A DNA stretch of 40,595 nt from positions 1 to 40,595 of IMG/VR virus record IMGVR_UViG_3300025696_000002; one strand, written 5' to 3'. The translations under genes and the position numbers were made by a program. Positions 39,509 to 40,595 of the stretch are shown here, piece by piece (positions within the stretch are counted from its first letter, which is position 1; each line of letters opens with the position of its first letter). The notes beneath the pieces were generated by a model that ran no database searches, was not told the DNA's origin, and saw only the letters and a program-made list of their open reading frames with translations. The DNA comes from a virus.

Positions 39509-39832
39509 TCAGTCTTTGGCGGGGCTTTGCTCGTGCATCGCGCTAACTATCTTGTATAGATAGTCGCGCTCGGATTTGTCTGCCGACCTAAAAAGTTCGA
39601 TGAGCTTCTTTTCTCGTTCGTCAGAAATAAAAAGCGCATCGTCACCTAATAACTCACTCACACTTACACCACATAGCTTAGCTATATCTTTAATTTGCTG
39701 AATACTTGGCTCTCTGGTGCCGGTTAGGTAGTGACCAACCCCGGATTTTGAATAGCCAAGCTCTTTAGCAATATCAACGTAAGTGAATCCTTTTTCTTTT
39801 AGCAAGCCCCGCGCTCTGTCGTACCAGCGCAT
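39509..39832 (-). CDS. XRE/Cro-C1-type HTH repressor (CI-like, no S24 peptidase domain)
   Basis: 107 aa from the ATG at 39832. FTYVDIAKELGYSKSGVGHYLTGTREPSIQQIKDIAKLCGVSVSELL is a classic HTH_XRE. The longer 201-aa ORF upstream has no coding-like features. Confidence 0.75.
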   Translation of the reverse strand: MRWYDRARGLLKEKGFTYVDIAKELGYSKSGVGHYLTGTREPSIQQIKDIAKLCGVSVSELLGDDALFISDEREKKLIELFRSADKSERDYLYKIVSAMHEQSPAKD

Positions 39833-39911
39833 AGAAGCAATACTACTCTTACCGCAGACGGTTGCTGTCCCGATATTGTAGCCATTACTGCGCGCTGGCG
39901 ACACGGCCGGC

Positions 39912-39940
39912 TTGCTTGTGATTTCCCGGTATCGTAGACT
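39912..39940 (+). promoter_or_regulatory. Candidate rightward early promoter (PR-like)
   Basis: TTGCTT (39912-39917), 17-nt spacer, TAGACT (39935-39940). The Cro-like ATG lies 7 nt after the -10 with no SD, which implies a leaderless or near-leaderless mRNA. Confidence 0.5.
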
Positions 39941-39947
39941 TGACTGC

Positions 39948-40163
39948 ATGAGCAATAAACCCCTTGACCTTATCCTTAAAACCACGCGGCAAATAGATTT
40001 TGCTGCAAAGGTTGGCATATCCAATAAAACGGTTAGCGCCGTCGTGAATGGTCGCCGGCATTTCAGTCGCGAATCGGCTATTAAAATTGCCGCCGCATAC
40101 CCGCATGTAAGCATTGCTGAGGCGCTTATGTATCAGCCAGCAACTGCCGAAGCCGCCGCATGA
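39948..40163 (+). CDS. Cro-like HTH regulator
   Basis: 71 aa, divergent from the repressor. HTH: RQIDFAAKVGISNKTVSAVVNGRR. Confidence 0.65.
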   Translation: MSNKPLDLILKTTRQIDFAAKVGISNKTVSAVVNGRRHFSRESAIKIAAAYPHVSIAEALMYQPATAEAAA

Positions 40164-40190
40164 ATCTCATCCCTGCTCATAACGAGCCTT

Positions 40191-40212
40191 GCCGATTAAT
40201 CGCGGCTTTTTT
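40191..40212 (+). terminator. Weak terminator-like hairpin after the Cro-like gene (tR1-like position)
   Basis: GCCG-attaatcg-CGGC followed by TTTTTT. The stem is only 4 bp. Confidence 0.3.
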
Positions 40213-40230
40213 ATTGCCTGGTGCTTTGCG

Positions 40231-40548
40231 ATGAGTGAAGCATCTTCCGACGGCGTTGCAATCGCCAGCAATCCACTTGCAAGGGCTCGCAAGATGCAGT
40301 CTGTGCTCTTGCAGCGGCTAGCTGGCAATCAGATAGCCATTGCCACGGCCAAGGGCGTTAGCGAATCCATAGTGAGCCGCAGCAAAGAGCACATCGGCGA
40401 AATTATGGAGCTGATCGCGTTTAGCGGCCTAAAGCTGGTATCGGTCGACATGGAGTGTTTTGACCGCGACGAGGTGACGGCGTTTGAAACGCTGGCTGAA
40501 AAGTACATGCAGCTAAAGCGCCAGGTTAGAACAGGGGAGTTGATTTGA
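40231..40548 (+). CDS. CII-like HTH regulator (putative)
   Basis: 105 aa from the ATG at 40231. IAIATAKGVSESIVSRSK resembles the CII-type HTH (..S.vSRwk). The stop overlaps the TTG start of the ParB-like gene across the circular junction. Confidence 0.45.
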   Translation: MSEASSDGVAIASNPLARARKMQSVLLQRLAGNQIAIATAKGVSESIVSRSKEHIGEIMELIAFSGLKLVSVDMECFDRDEVTAFETLAEKYMQLKRQVRTGELI

Positions 40549-40595
40549 AGATTAAGCCTTTTGTAGCGCCTGAAATTCAGGAATGCAGAATTGGA
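40469..40595. repeat. Second copy of the terminal duplication (= 1-127)
   Basis: Identical by direct comparison. Confidence 0.95.

Noticed and set aside
39833-39947. Repressor operators: recurring TTGTAG/ATATTG/GTAGACT strings in the PL and PR regions.
   Set aside because: GTAGACT coincides with the -10 hexamers, and the other strings are too short and inconsistent to define a dyad operator consensus by eye. Footprinting or motif statistics are needed.
39509-40114. The 201-aa version of the repressor ORF offered by the ORF track.
   Set aside because: The first 94 codons overlap the divergent promoter region and the Cro-like gene and look non-coding (Arg/Leu/Cys-rich). The HTH domain begins right after the ATG at 39832, giving a compact 107-aa XRE protein.

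Overview
The window is one complete, circularly closed dsDNA phage genome. Nt 1-127 recur exactly at 40469-40595, so the unique length is 40,468 bp. The organisation is lambdoid. A divergent immunity switch (XRE-type repressor 39509-39832 on the minus strand, Cro-like gene 39948-40163 on the plus strand) heads two operons.

(i) The rightward operon wraps across the window ends. In order it carries: replication genes (initiator with an internal iteron/AT-rich ori-like tract, Toprim+DnaB-type primase-helicase, SSB, RuvC-like resolvase); a low-GC moron island; a promoter-plus-terminator late-control region; two HNH endonucleases; TerS/TerL; HK97-type portal, protease and major capsid; connector proteins; tail tube; G/G-T chaperone; tape measure; distal tail and host-specificity proteins; a fibre with a BspA/DUF285-type LRR tip; and a Gram-negative lysis cassette (M15 endolysin, two spanin-like pairs).

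(ii) The leftward early operon carries an Erf-type annealase, a Ref/DUF968-like nuclease, many small ORFs and a DHH phosphoesterase.

I recognised no integrase, excisionase, transposase or partition ATPase.

The most unusual signal is in the distal 5.2 kb of the leftward operon (30342-35514). Nine 59-85 bp imperfect-hairpin elements cut it into nine cassette-sized units. These elements share four features with integron attC sites: termini of the form RYYYAAC...GTTRRRY, an unpaired spacer, stems that covary between copies, and two fixed bulged bases. The G|TT crossover position coincides with the stop codons of the flanking genes.

All functional calls come from by-eye motif recognition. No database search, fold or GC computation was run.
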